This document shows positions 30,546 through 43,901 of a DNA stretch of 64,000 bases, piece after piece (the first letter of the stretch is position 1; the number at the start of each line of letters is the position of its first letter). Made by a program: the position numbers and the translations under genes. The notes beneath the pieces are model-generated. The model was not told the DNA's origin and made no database searches. It was given only the letters and a program-made list of their open reading frames with translations. Source of the DNA: Lama guanicoe (Eukaryota); the NCBI GenBank assembly GCA_013239625.1, contig MU056050.1:6587838-6651837 (forward strand), in the 5' to 3' direction.

Positions 30546-33241
30546 AAGATGCCACCGTGTGAAAGCCAAACATTCAAGAAGCCAAAAGAAAACCACCTGG
30601 AAAGGTGATATCACAACACAACTAAACTGCTCAAACAGAGCCTCTGCTTCTGCTCCGGATGCCTGTCTGCTCCCACTGGTTCTGAATTTTGTTTCATCTC
30701 TAGACTATGGATTTCTGACTCCACCCAGAATATTATTAGGTGCTGTGCTTGAGCCCTCAACACTAGTCCTAAGACTACCCTTTCACTAGACAAGAGTCAT
30801 AATAACATCAATAGAGACCATTTATTAAGGCCCTCCCCTGAACCAGAGATGTGCTAGATGCTCACAGCATAGGTTCCTAGATTATGGTCTAAACTTGATG
30901 TCCAAGTGAGAGCATCTGATAACTGATCCACCATAGCCCTAGTCTCCAACTCTACCCAGCCGTCTCATTCCAGGAGCTGACCTCAAGTGATTGTGTAGCC
31001 CAAAACTATAAACTGGTTTATCAGTCAATCATTAAGTATGTGTCTGGGCACCCACAGTTTGCCCAGCCTCTACTAGGCACTATGGGAAATACCAAAAAAG
31101 TTAAGTGACATGATCCCAGCTTCTAAGGAACTTAAAATATTCTAAGGGAGAAAAAAACAACTTATGTGAAGTCATTAAAGATAAATATGAAACAGGGCAG
31201 AGTCCAGTTCTCAACTGTGCACAGCAGAGTCCCCAGCCTTTTAAGGAGAGCTGGCCTCAGAATGTTGGACGCTCTCAAACACTGTTGATAGAAGAGTGAA
31301 TTGGGGAAATCTTTTAGTAGGGCAGTTCAGTAGTATGTCTTAAGAGTTTTACGTTACATAATCATTGACCCAACAATCCTACTTCTGTTGAGACATATTA
31401 GCAAAAACATTCAAAGATATATGTTCAAAGATGTTCACTATAGCATTGCTCGTCATTGCAAAAGTTAGCCAATAAAAAGTCCTTTAATGATTGCACATCC
31501 ATATAGTGGAGTACTATGCAGCTATTAAAAATAATGAGATGTAACATATACACACAGGAAAGAGCAGACTCATCTTTCTGTATGTGAATATGTTTCAATA
31601 AGTTTAAAAATCAAGTATCTAAGCTTGTATAAAATCCAAACTTTATAAAATAAAAAACTCATTTTGTGTATCTATATGTATGATTTTTATATACATATAT
31701 ATTTGTATATTTTAAAGTCTGGAAGGATATTTACTGAACATTGGTTACCTCTGGGGAGTGAGAGTGGTGAACAAACTTTTAAGTTGTACTTTATACACTT
31801 CTTTAACATCTGAATTAGTTACAAGGAGCATTATTAATTTTAGGACTTAAAAATAAGGCTTTTAAAAATTATTATGAGGCTCTATACCACTTGTTCAATA
31901 TGGCAAAATGACCACATGCATTTATAGCCACTCTCTCCTGACACACCATTAGAATTATAGTAAAGGGATTTAAAAGGTATAAGGCCACAGCAAAGAAAAG
32001 AGGGACATCAGATGACACTGTATTTCACAAATATCTGGAAAATAGAAATTGGAGGAAAATGTGTTGACTGGACACACAAAAACTAAGGCTGATTTTGGAA
32101 CCAATCAGCCCAGAAAAATTCCATAGAGGACATAGAAGGAGGACTTCAGGGAAAAGGGAAGTTGGCAAAAGAGATGGTATGGGTAAGAGCTAGGAAAATT
32201 GAGGCTACAATAAAGGCACAAAATGCAAGAAAGAATCCAAAAAGAAGCAATGAAGAAATGCCAAGAAAAACAAAATCTGTCCTAGAAGACCATGGATCAA
32301 ATGTGAAGAATTGGATAGAATGAACATAGGAAGTGGGCTTCTAGATGAACAGAATTTATTCCAAGCAGTAGACAAAATGAGAAAGAAGCTGAAAAATAGC
32401 AGAGATGTTTAATCTATCCACAGGGGGAAAAAAGGCAATCAAAAATTCAGGGAAAATACAAAACTGTTCAAAAGGCCATTTTCCAATAATGAAGACAACT
32501 AGAACATGGAGCGACAGAGAATAATTGATAGAAATTATAACATGAAAATATAATCGAAGCCCATTTCTTGGCTTTACACTGAAAAGCATTTATATAATCG
32601 TAATAATACAAACACTATCTTTATTGGTTTCAACCTTTGGAATCCAACCTTGAGACAAATCACAGGAAACAATTACGATCACAAACTGTAAAGTAAATGT
32701 CAACAAACAATGCAAAAGCATAGGGTACAAAAATTGGAAAAGTAGACCAAAGTTAGGGGAGGTGGAAGGATGCATAGAGGCACTAACATTCTCATTTTAG
32801 AAACTATAGAATCGAGAGATACTATCTGTAGAGGATGGAACACGAAATAGAGATTTATGTGTCTTATATAAAGACACAAAGATAACCAAAAAGACGTACA
32901 AACAAAAAGATGCAATTAAAATGGTTGTCTGTGGGGAGGGGAACTAAATAGAGGAACTAAAAGGAGTGATGTAGCAGGAGGAAGAGAGGGGTGGTCGCTG
33001 CAGTGTAAATGAGCCAAGTCCCATTTATTAGAACAGGAAGTCACTAGATGATGCCTAGGGCTGGTAAACCAAAGAAAGGCATATCATTTAGAGAAAATGG
33101 ATTATTACAACACTCCCTTTACTGGTCTCCCTGCTTCCACCCTGGCCCCTTTCGGTCTATTATTAACACAGCAGCTAGAGAGATTCTTTTAAAAGTTAAC
33201 TCAGACCTTGCCACCCGCAGCTTGTCCAATGGTTTCCCATC

Positions 33242-34184
33242 TGTGAAATAATAGAAAAAAGATGTACTGGTCTCTGCCCTCCACTTCCTGGCACAGGGCT
33301 TCTAAAACCATTGTAAATTCCTAAGTTGTAAGAGCACTAGGAACATCTTTTGTTCTGATATTTGGTTTTCAACCCGCATCCCTGACACAGGGCTCCTGAA
33401 ACCCTTGTAATTTCCTGGGTGATAGGAGCGTCTTTTGTTCTAAAAAACTGACTCCGGATGGGCTCCTGGATGAAGACTGGTCACCAGTAAGACTAAGCCA
33501 TGATTAGTAGCTTGGAATTTTCAGCCTCGCCCCCCATTCTCTTGAAAAGGGAGAGGGCTGGAAATGGAGTTAATAATCAATCATGCCTACGTGATGAAGC
33601 CTCCATAAAAATCCCAAAAGATGAGGTTCAGAGAGCTTCCAGGTTGGTGAACATATTCATGTGCCAGGAAGGTGATGCACCCTTACTCCATGGGATCAGA
33701 AGGTCCTGCACTTAGGACCCTCCTGGACCTTGTCCTGAATCTTCATCTGGCTCTTCATCTGTAGCCTTTATCGTATCCTTTTACATAAACTGGTAAATAT
33801 AATATAACTGTTCCCCTGCATTCTGTGAGCTGCTCTAGAAAATTAATCAAACCCAAGGAAGGGGGTCATAGGAACTTCAGATTTATAGCCGATCAGTCAG
33901 AAGTACAGGTGACAACCTGCATTCACCATTGGCTTCTGAATTCAGATGAGAACAGTCTTGTGGGACTGAGTCCTCAACCTGTGGGATCTGACGTTATCTC
34001 CAGGTAGATAGTGTCAGAGTTGAATTAAAGTGTAGGCCACCCAGCTGGTGGTGCAGGGAATTGCTTGTTGTAGGGAACCCCACTCCCCACCACCACATTG
34101 GGTGTCAAAATTGTTGTGAGAGTGGCAGTACTTTGAGAGTAAAGGTCGAAATACAAGAAGGAAAGCCAAGGTTTTTCTAACTCA
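33242..34184. mobile_element. Solo ERV LTR (MER21-like) inserted in an L2 fragment
   Basis: TG...CA ends; CCATC TSD at 33237-33241 and 34185-34189; L2-like sequence continues on both sides. Confidence 0.8.
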
Positions 34185-34716
34185 CCATCTCATTTAGAAC
34201 AAAAGCCAAAGTCATTACAATGCTTACTAGACCTTAAGCAATCATCTGCCTCAGCATCTCCCACCCCCTGCATCTCCTGCTACTTCCCCTTGCCCCTTCT
34301 GCGTCAGCCCCAGTGGCCTCCTTGCCATTTCTTGAGCGAACTGGACATGTTCTACTGCAAGACCCTTTTGTACCAGCTGTTCTTTATGCCTAGAATGCTC
34401 CTTCCTCAGATATTTGAATGGCCTGTTCTATCACCTCCTTCAGGTCTTTACTCAAATATCCCCTTCTCAGAGGGTTTTCCCTACAAATTTTAAATTGCAG
34501 GCCCCCGCCCCCAGGAACCTCCTATCTCTGTTTTCTGCTTTATTTTTCTCCATAGCAGTTACTGTCTTTCAACATACTGTATATTTTAATTATTTATCTT
34601 GTTTATTATTGCTCTTCCCGACCAGAACATATACTCAGTAAGAGAAGAGGTGTTCGTGTTCTGTTATCTGCTCCATCCCCAGTGCTGAGAACACTGACTG
34701 GCACACAGTGGGTGCT

Positions 34717-35872
34717 TGTTTTGGGCTGAATTGCATACCCTAAAAATTCACATGTTGAAGTCCCAACCTCTAGTACCACAGAATGTAATTATATTTGGAG
34801 ATAAGGTCTTTAAGTAGGTAATTAAATTAAAATGAGGCCTTTGGGAAGGGATCATAATCCAGTATGACCAGTATCTTTATGTTTTTAACACCTTTATTGT
34901 TGTATGATTCCTGTACAGTAAACTACACATATTTCAGATGTACACTTTGATGATTTTTGATAGATGTATACACCAATGAAACCACCACTACAATCAAGAT
35001 AGCTAACATTGCCATCATTCATCAAGAGGTGCAAATTTTGAACTCCCAATTTATCCCTTCCCACTCCCTTTACCCTCTGGTAACCATAAGTTTGTTTTCT
35101 ATGCCTGTGAGTCTGTTTCTGTTTTGTATATAAGTTCATTTGTGTCCTTTTTTCAAAGGGTCCACATATGAGTGATATCATATGGTATTTTTCTTTCTAT
35201 TTATGGCTTAATTCACTTAGAATGACAATTTCCAGGTCCATCCATGTTGCTGCAAATGGCATTATTTTATTCTTTTTTATGGTGGAATAGTATTCGTGTA
35301 TATATATATCACATCCTCTTTACCCAGGCATCTGTCAATGGACGTTTAGGTTGTTTTAAATTGGCTATTATAAATAGTGCTGCTGTGAACATTGGGGTGC
35401 ATGTGACTTTTCTTTTTTTTTTCTTTTTGAACTAGAGTTTTATCCAGATATATGCCCAGGAGTGGGATTGCTGGATCATATGGTAAGTTTATTTTTAGTT
35501 TTTTAAGGAACCTTCATAGTGTTCTCCATAGTAGTTGCACCAAACTACATTCCCACCAACAGTAGAGGAGGGTCCCTTTTTCTCCACACCCTCTCCAGCA
35601 TTTGACCAGTATTTTTATAAGAAGAGGAAGAGACACCAGGGCACATGCACAGAGGGACAATCACGTGAAGAGGCAGCAAGAGGCTGGCCATTTGCAAGCC
35701 AAGGAGAAAGGCCTGGAACAGATCCTTCTCAAATGGCCCTCAGAGGAAACCACACTTTCTGGAACCTTGATCTTGGACCTCCAGGCTCCAGAACTGTGAG
35801 AGAATAAATTTCTGCTCTTTAAACCTCCCAGTCTGTGGTATTTTATTATGGCAGCCCAAGCAAATTAACACA
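34717..35872 (+). mobile_element. MaLR (MLT1-like) solo LTR split by the L1
   Basis: TG...CA ends, GTGCT TSD, typical ...AATAAATTTCTG...TATGGCAGCCC 3' part. Confidence 0.85.
34881..35602 (-). mobile_element. 5'-truncated L1 inserted in a MaLR LTR
   Basis: TSD TGACCAGTAT(C/T)TTTAT at 34865-34880 and 35603-35618; L1 ORF2 end and 3'UTR. Confidence 0.85.
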
Positions 35873-36115
35873 GTGCTCAATAAATATGTGGTTTGAATGA
35901 TTGGATATACAGGTACATGGATGTGACAGGAACATAGAAAAACACAAACCGGAAATAGTTAAAAGTGATAGGGCTCTGGAAATGGGACTACAGGTGGGGA
36001 GGAGCAGGGCAGGAGATAGCCACTTTTTGTTATAAGGAAGTCCTTCAGCACTATTTAATTTTTATCCACATGAATGTATCACTTTGATAAATATTTATAA
36101 ACGTTAATTTTTAAA

Positions 36116-36401
36116 CATTTTTTATTGAGTTATAGTCATTTTACAATGTTGTGTCAAATTCCAGTGTAGAGCACAATTTTTCAGTTATACATGAACATAC
36201 ATATATTCATTGTCACATTTTTTTCACTGTGAGCTACCACAAGATCTTGTATATATTTCCCTGTGCTATACAGTGTAGTCTTGTTTATCTATTCTGCATA
36301 TGCCTGTCAGTATCTGCAAATTTTGAACTCCCAGTCTGTCCCTTCCCACCCCCTCCCCCTTGGCAAACACAAGTTTGTATTCTATGTCTATGAGTCTGTA
36401 C
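36116..36401 (-). mobile_element. 5'-truncated young L1 3' end
   Basis: Direct repeat AAACGTTAATTTTTAAA at 36099-36115 and 36402-36418 (TSD). Confidence 0.9.
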
Positions 36402-36472
36402 AAACGTTAATTTTTAAAAGGGGGTTTTAGAGAACCAAAAAAAAAAACCCATAAGCTCATGAGGCTTTATAT

Positions 36473-36653
36473 TAGTGGTTCTCAATCGGGGGTGATTTTG
36501 CCCCAGGGGACATTTGGCCAGGTCTAGACATTCTGGGTTGTTATAAGTGGGCCGAGGCCTGGGATGCTGCTAAACGTCTTACAAGGCACAGGACAGTCCC
36601 CACAAAAGAATTATTTGACCCAGAATGTCAAGGGTGGTGAGATTGAGAAACTG
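36473..36653. mobile_element. MER20-like hAT DNA transposon fossil
   Basis: AGTGGTTCTCAA...TTGAGAAACTG terminal inverted repeats; GGTGATTTTGCCCCCAGGGGACATTTGGC core. Confidence 0.8.
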
Positions 36654-38078
36654 ACATAAATGTGTGGATGATAGATCCATCACAGGCTATTAAACAAAGT
36701 TATGGCTGTTTAGTAAATAGAATTAACCTCTGAGGAGAACATAATGGAGGAAGACTACCATACTATCCTACAATGCATTCTTTGGTGCCTCTGTTAGAGA
36801 AAAATTCTGGACTCAATGATGGTTCTGATGGCAGTGCTGGGAACATGGGAGGCACAGTAAACACAGAGGGACTGACGGCCCTCTGTCCATAGATCCTTAT
36901 ACAAAACTTCACCACCCACACGTGCCAATGGCCGTTCATCCCATATTACCACTCACTCTCTCACGGCACTGCCTCTTCCTGCTAGACTCTCATCCCCTCT
37001 GCTTCTCACAAATCAACATTCAACACTCCCTTCTTTCTTTTATCCCAAACTCCAATCTCAAGACTTCCCCAGACCACAACTCATGCTGGAATGCCTTTTC
37101 TGCACCTTCGAGCCAAGGTTTCTCCTTTCTGTCACAGCAGCTGTCTGAAGAAATCTCCAATTCCTTGGAAAGGACTGAACAATTTCTCACTGAGTTCATA
37201 TTGTATAAAAACAGAACTTCTCTCCTTGCTCAATAACTACCAAAAGCATCGACTTTTTCACATACACAACTAAGTAAGTGTCTGGATCTGTTATGTGTTT
37301 AGGTTGCTGTGTGTTCATGAGAAATGCATCTGTGTTAGTGTTGGGTCCAGTTAGAAGTGCTTTAGACAGATGCCTTGTGATCTGCTTTGGGTGTATGATT
37401 TCCAAGGAGGGGCGTGAGAAGGAGCAGGGGCAGTCACTGTTCCATGCTACTGCTTAGAACATTAGTTTTCACCTCAAAGAGCAGCATTTTCATGCTGCTG
37501 GGTACTAAGTGCCTGCTAGGAAAGGATAAAGATCCTGTTTCAGAATCGGTGCAATGTGGAATACCTGTAGAAGGAAACACAAGAGACTGGTAACAGTGCC
37601 TACCTTCAGGGGTGGAAGCTGGAGAAGTTGGATATAAGCAGGGAGAGAAACCTAATTTTCAGTGTACACTCTTTTATAACTTTGGAATTTTGCTCCAGGT
37701 GCAAATATTAGCTATACAGAAATTTTAATTAATTTTTATAGCAGTATACTGTATAAAACTATAGTATTTGGATCTCAAGCCAAACTTCTACCCAGCTACA
37801 AATGGATACAGAATTATCCCTTTTCTTACATTCAGAACTGAAGTATGAAATATATATTCAGACAATCTGTTAGACTGCATCCCACACTGAGGAAAAAACT
37901 AAAAAGAAATTAATGCCTGCAAAGGTATGTTCCTTGTTGATATGATTTACTTTAAATTGCACTGAAATAAGCAGAGGAAAATTGTCTGTGGTAAACTGTA
38001 ATGTCTACCTCTCTAAAGCACCAATTTTAAAGATATTTAGAGGTCCAGAAAAAAATGCAGTGACAAAATTTTCATTAC

Positions 38079-38246
38079 TTTTTTTAAGATAGATTTTTTA
38101 AAAAGATTATTGTTAATATATTTATGGGTGAGGGAGGTAATTAGGTTTATTTTAATTTTTTTAATTTTAATGAAGGTACTGGGGATTGAACCCAGGACCT
38201 CAGCATGTTAAGCACATGCTCTACCACTGGGCTATAGCTTCCCCCG
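38079..38246 (-). mobile_element. tRNA-derived SINE (camelid Vic-1-like)
   Basis: Reverse complement reads TAGCCCAGTGGTAGAGC...GGTTCAATCCCC...AACCTAATTACCTCCC; TCATTAC flanking repeat. Confidence 0.85.
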
Positions 38247-39083
38247 TCATTACATTTTAATATGACACACAATTGATTGACCAGGAGTTTTTAGCAGTCT
38301 GTGTTATAGATGACAAGAGAAGGCCATTCTATCCAGGGATAAATAGTTCTCTGCCTTGTTTTAATTTGGATGTAATAATGATAGAGATCAAATCCCTTGG
38401 GATGAGAGACTGCTTTATTGAGAACTTCATTTCCTGAAAATTTCCACATTATGCCAGTAACTGTAATACCGAATGTCACAAGTGAAAAACTAAACAAAAC
38501 AAACTGGAAATGTCCCTTGTCCAAACTGAGCCTCTAGTATGCAGATACACTCTTTTTTTTTCTGCTTTCTAAGGCCCTTCTGAACTTGAGAATGTCTACC
38601 AGACCTCTGGCCATCCAAGGTAAATGGTCACTATTCTGATATGTCTTTCCCTGGCAACTCCAGGAAATTGACTTTAATTCCTGGTGAAGAACCTCACCCT
38701 AATGGCACCTCCCATCACATCTTGCTTCTAATCTCTGAATTTATTTGCATAGAAGGTAAGCTGAAGACTAATTTTCAAAAGGTGATATGAGTGTGTTAAA
38801 AAAAAAGAATGTGCTTCTTAACTTCTCTTATAAATGGGGACAGAATCAAGCTAAGCTGAATCAGCTAAACCAAGCTATTCAGTATACCTGGAGCTATTCA
38901 GTATACCTCTGCCCCTCTACTCTCTGTGTTCCTGTTCTGGGTTGAATACTAGCCCATTAGTTATTATATTTATCTGTAGACATTTGATCTCTATTATTCT
39001 AAAATAAAAAAGTCGTGTCTTCACCCTTACAAAGTCTGTTCCTATCTGATAACAGTTTAATTGGTTGTGCGTGTACTCTGATA

Positions 39084-39687
39084 TGTTTATCTGCTCTGTC
39101 TGCCATAACAAAAATACATAGCCTGGGGGTGGGTATAGCTTAGTGGTAGAGCATGTGCTTAGCATGCACGAGGTCCTGGGTCCAATCTCCAGTACCTCCA
39201 CTAAGATAGATAGATAGATACATACATACATACATACATACATACATACCATGATTACCGCCCCTCTAAACAAACAAACAAACAAACATAGACTGGGTCG
39301 ATTTAAACAGAGGAATTTATTCACTCAGAATTCTAGACGCTAGAAGTCCCAGATCAAGGTGCCCGCTTGATTAGGTTCCTGGTGAGTGCTCTCTTCTACT
39401 TGCAGAAGGCTGTCTTCTTGCTATGTCCTTACATGGCCTTTCCTCTCTGGCATGCAGAAAGAGAGAGAAAGGGAGAGAGAGAGAGGGAAGGAGGGAGAAA
39501 GAGAGAGATCTGGTCTCTCTTCCTTTTCTTATAAAGACGCCAGTCATATTAGATTAGGGTCCCATCCTATGACCTAACTTAACCTTTATTACCTCCTTAT
39601 AGGCCCTATCTCCCAATACAGTCATATTGGGGGTGAGGGCTTCAACAAATAAATTGGTGGCGGAGAGACACAGTTCAGTCCTTAACA
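39084..39687 (-). mobile_element. MaLR (MLT1-like) LTR containing a SINE
   Basis: GCCATAACAAAA...GAATTTATT...CAGTTCAGTCCTTAACA; similar to 40669-41027 and 43095-43470. Confidence 0.8.
39125..39285 (+). mobile_element. tRNA-derived SINE (camelid Vic-1-like)
   Basis: A box TAGCTTAGTGG, B-box-like GGTCCAATCTC, (GATA)/(CATA) linker, ATTACC-C-rich block, (AAAC)n tail. Confidence 0.85.
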
Positions 39688-40668
39688 ACTGGCTTAACAC
39701 TAAAACAGGCTGTTTCATAGTTTAATAAATTATCAGTTTATTGGTGATATATGTAGGGAGGATGTATCTACCTACATATATACAAACATTTGGAACATTA
39801 GATCCAGCCAAGAGGCAAAGCGAACATATTCTTTTGGAATTGGTAGAGATGGTGCATAGAATGCATTTGGGAGAAGGAAGCATAAGGACGTTAGGGAAAA
39901 ATCAGCTGTGGAGTAAGAAAAGAGGAGTGGCAGCAACCTATATGGGCTCTCTTTAACCAGGAGACTATTGAGTTGCTAGCAGAGTCTTGCATCAAAGCAA
40001 ACAAATTCCACAGGATTGAATAAGCTGCTTTGAATCTTCCCTCCTCCCAATATTCACTGGGGCAAAGCTCTGTATGGGAGGCTGGACTATGAACATTGGC
40101 CTAACCTGTCCCATTCTGATTGCAGGCTCACAGGAGAATGGCAAATATGTCCTTTCAACTTTCTGTAGTATTACTGGGCAAAAAAAGCATTTAAATGCTT
40201 TCAATGGTGATGGTTATAGAGAAAAATGGAATATAAATGGCTGCTGACATGTTTCATTGTAACAACTTTTATAACCCCATTATTAAGGAGATGAATACCT
40301 TCATATTCCTAAATAAGAGGTAATCACATGTCTAAAGCCTCTTCGCCCCTCACTTATTTTGTTAAAATGCTATTCTCATTTATTCTCCATCTTTTCCCCC
40401 TGGGTGTGCATTAGTTACTATGGAGACATTGGGATGCTATAGTTTGAGCATATCAACATTCCCTAAGTTCTACTAGAGTATGAAGCCAATTTATATCAAG
40501 GTATCAGGAGAAGGAGTTGTTGCTGAGGGTTATAAATGAATGCAAGACAAAATGAAATGTATGGCACTGCCAGACAAACACAGGCTTCACTTAGCATCAC
40601 AGAAGGGGGTAAGACTCATCTCATCTGCCCACTCTGTACAGAATCCTGACCATAATCATCAATGAGGT

Positions 40669-41027
40669 CGTCTTAGTCCACTGGTATTGGTATAACAAAA
40701 TACTATGAATTGAGGGGCTTATAAACAACAAACATTTATTTCTCACAGTTCTGGATGCTGGGAAGTCCAAGATAGGGAACCAGCATATCCAGTGTCTGAT
40801 GCGAAACTGCTTCCTAGACAGCTAATGTCTTTTCACTGTGTTCTCACATGGTGGAAGGGGCAAGGAACCTCTCTGGGGTGTCCTTCATAAGGGCACGAGT
40901 CCTATTTATGAGGGCTCTACGCCGATGACTTAAGCACCTCCCAAAGGCTCCCTCTCCAAATATCATCACCTTGGGGGTTGGGTGTCAACAGACGCATTTG
41001 TGGGTCACACAAACATTCAATCTAGCA
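40669..41027 (-). mobile_element. MaLR solo LTR
   Basis: GAGGT TSD at 40664-40668 and 41028-41032. Confidence 0.82.
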
Positions 41028-43094
41028 GAGGTCTACCAAGCAAAGTTATTTATCTGTAATAACAGTAGCATGGATTCTTTTCTTTTTTGCTTTAATTATC
41101 ATGTATTTATAAGCAATTTGTAATTTGTTTCATTTCCACTTTACCCCAGGAGATTTCAGACAAGTCATTTTAAATTTCCAAGTGGCCAGATTTTTTTGCT
41201 GTGGTTTTATTGTTAATTGCTCTTTTAAAATTTTATTGTAGTAAGAACCTTTGCCTACAGGTGTGTGTGTGTACCTACTATATATTCTCAACTACAATGC
41301 ACCACAACAACTAAGACAGTTCATTATTTTCTCTCTTGAATTAGATACTCCTCCATTTTCTTTACCCCTTAGTTGTAATGCCACAAGCATCCAACTGCTC
41401 AAGCTCGAAATCTGCAAATCACCTTGGCCTCCCCTCTCCCTTATTCACTAAGTTAAATCACCAAGCTGTACAAATTTTACCTCCTAAAAATTCTTCAAAT
41501 TTATCCACACCTCTATATTTCTTCTTTGACATTACCTATTTACTAATGCTATGAAAGATGAGGATTAAGCTCACTTCCACCACTCCCACCTCCCATCCAT
41601 CCCTTCCAATACAATTTTAACATTATTTTTATTGCCTCTAATGTTTATCTTTTTTACTTTAAATAATATGCATAAACTTATATTTCATGTTTGATCAATC
41701 ATAACTATTTTCTCCTAACTGCCCCCTTTGTAAGATGAAGACATTAATATTTTATATTTCCCTCTACCTCCTCTCATCCCTACCACTCAGTTCCTTACAC
41801 CATATTTGTCCATTTCCTTACACCTCTATTTTCACACTTGTCCAAGCCATCACCTTATCAAGACTCTCCTCTGGTCTCCCTATTTCCATTCTTGCCCTTT
41901 CTTAACTCTCAACACAACCACCACAGGGATTTTTTATGAGTCTAAATCAATGTCTGCTCTGTCAGTGGTAGACTACCTTGTTTCAGACTAACCATCCCAT
42001 TGAGAACAACAATAAAAGCTGATCAACACATTAAAAAATTTCTTTTTAGTCACACTGAATTGCCCTCAAGGCAGCAAGGAATTGGGAGACCAAGATTTTG
42101 GAGAATCTAGAAAGAGAGAGAGAAATGAGCCAGACATCTGGCTGCACTTTTGCTTTTAAGGCATTTGCCAGTCTGAAAGCTTTAGATTGAGAAGCTAAGA
42201 ATCCAAGCAGAAAACGGTGCAGAAAATAGTGGCTGGGAATCTGAGAAGCTGGGCAGAGATTTCAGTAGTCACATGGAGCCAACTGTGGGAAAATGGAGTT
42301 GAATGCCAATGAAGGAGGAGGAGCCCTGGTAAATACCGCAGAATTTCAGCTGAATCCCTCAAACAGCCATTACTTAGGGGTAATAGGAAATGGGAAACAA
42401 ATCAGCCCTCATAAAGACTGAAGCCCAGTCTCAATGTCTAATCAGATTAAGGTAGCCTATTTCTACCTTGAGTGCTTGCCAGATTAAAAAAGAAATCCCC
42501 TGTGCACAACATCAAGAGTGAACCCTAATGTAAACTATGGACTAAGGGTGTTTATGATGTGTCAGTGTAGGTTCATCAATTGCAACAAAAGTACCGCTCT
42601 GGTGGGAGATGTTAATGATTTGGGAGGCAGTGCATGTGTGGAAGCAGGAGTATATGGGAAATCTCTGAATGTTCCCCTCAGTTTTGCTGTGAACACAAAA
42701 GTTCCCTTAAAAAATAAAGTCTTAACAACAACAAAATTTTAAAAATATAAATAAATAAATCCCCCTCTAGAGGAAGATCAGCCATCACCTCAAATTGTCT
42801 CTTCAACTTTTCATATTGTGTCCAACATTTAATCACTAATAATGAAGCATATTAAAAGACAACCACTTACTGAAAATCAAGAGAAAAATAGACAATAGAT
42901 ATAGACTCACAGAAGACCCAGAACTCTAATAGTTCTCAAAGACTTGAAAATAACTGTAATTATATTAACTCATGAAATATGGAGAATTATAGCTATAGAA
43001 GATTGATTACACATAGGAAGATTATGATAAGAAAAATAGGAGCCAGGTTTCTCACTATTAACCCACTGAGAGGGCCTGGGAGCAGCAATACCCT

Positions 43095-43470
43095 TGTTTT
43101 AGTCAGCCCAAGCTACTATAATAAAATGCTATAGACTGAGTGGCTTAAACAACAAAAATTTACTTCTCATAGTTCTGAAGATTGTGAATCTGAGATCAGG
43201 GTTCCAGCATGGTTGGGTTCTAGTGATAGGCCTCTTCCTGGTTTGCAGACCTTTTCTTGGTTCCCACCTTCTCACTGCATCCTCACATGGTGGAGAGAGT
43301 TCTGGTATCTTCCTCTTCTTGTATGGGGACTAATTCCACCATGGGGGCCCCATACTCATGACCTCATCTAAACCTAATTATCTCTCAAAGGCCTCATCTC
43401 CAAATACCATCACACTGGGGATTAGGACTTCAACATATGGATTTTGTAGGGACACATTCAGTCCATAACA
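43095..43470 (-). mobile_element. MaLR solo LTR
   Basis: TG...CA ends; ACCCT TSD at 43090-43094 and 43471-43475. Confidence 0.85.
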
Positions 43471-43829
43471 ACCCTAATAAGAATGAGAATACCTAGCTCC
43501 TAGACCTTGGCTTCTAAATACCATTCTCCATTAAAAGGAAACAGGCTCCTTGGAGAAAAGGCTAATTCTATGACTGGGGAACAGAAGAAATGAGAAGCTT
43601 GAAATTATTTTTGTTCCTAACAGTAAAGAAGTGCTCAAAGAATAATAGGGAAATGTCAAAAGACACAGAAGCCAGCCTGAAAGGACTCGCACTGGCTAAA
43701 TTTGAGAATCACAGTAAATAATGATAGTATTAGATTAAAACCCATTGAATAAAGTAAGAAGCCATGAGTCCATACTGATATGAATGAATGAATGAATGAC
43801 TAAGTAGTTTGATAAGGAACCGGGGAGAT

Positions 43830-43856
43830 TAGATAGATAGATAGATAGATAAATAA

Positions 43857-43899
<43 letters not shown>

Positions 43900-43901
43900 T
43901 A
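43830..43901. repeat. Compound (TAGA)n/(TAAA)n/(GA)n microsatellite
   Basis: Read directly. Confidence 0.95.

Noticed and set aside
39125..39200. tRNA-like sequence as a true tRNA gene (also 38170-38245 and 56337-56413)
   Set aside because: The copies are divergent, carry SINE linker and tail modules, and are flanked by direct repeats, so they are SINE heads.
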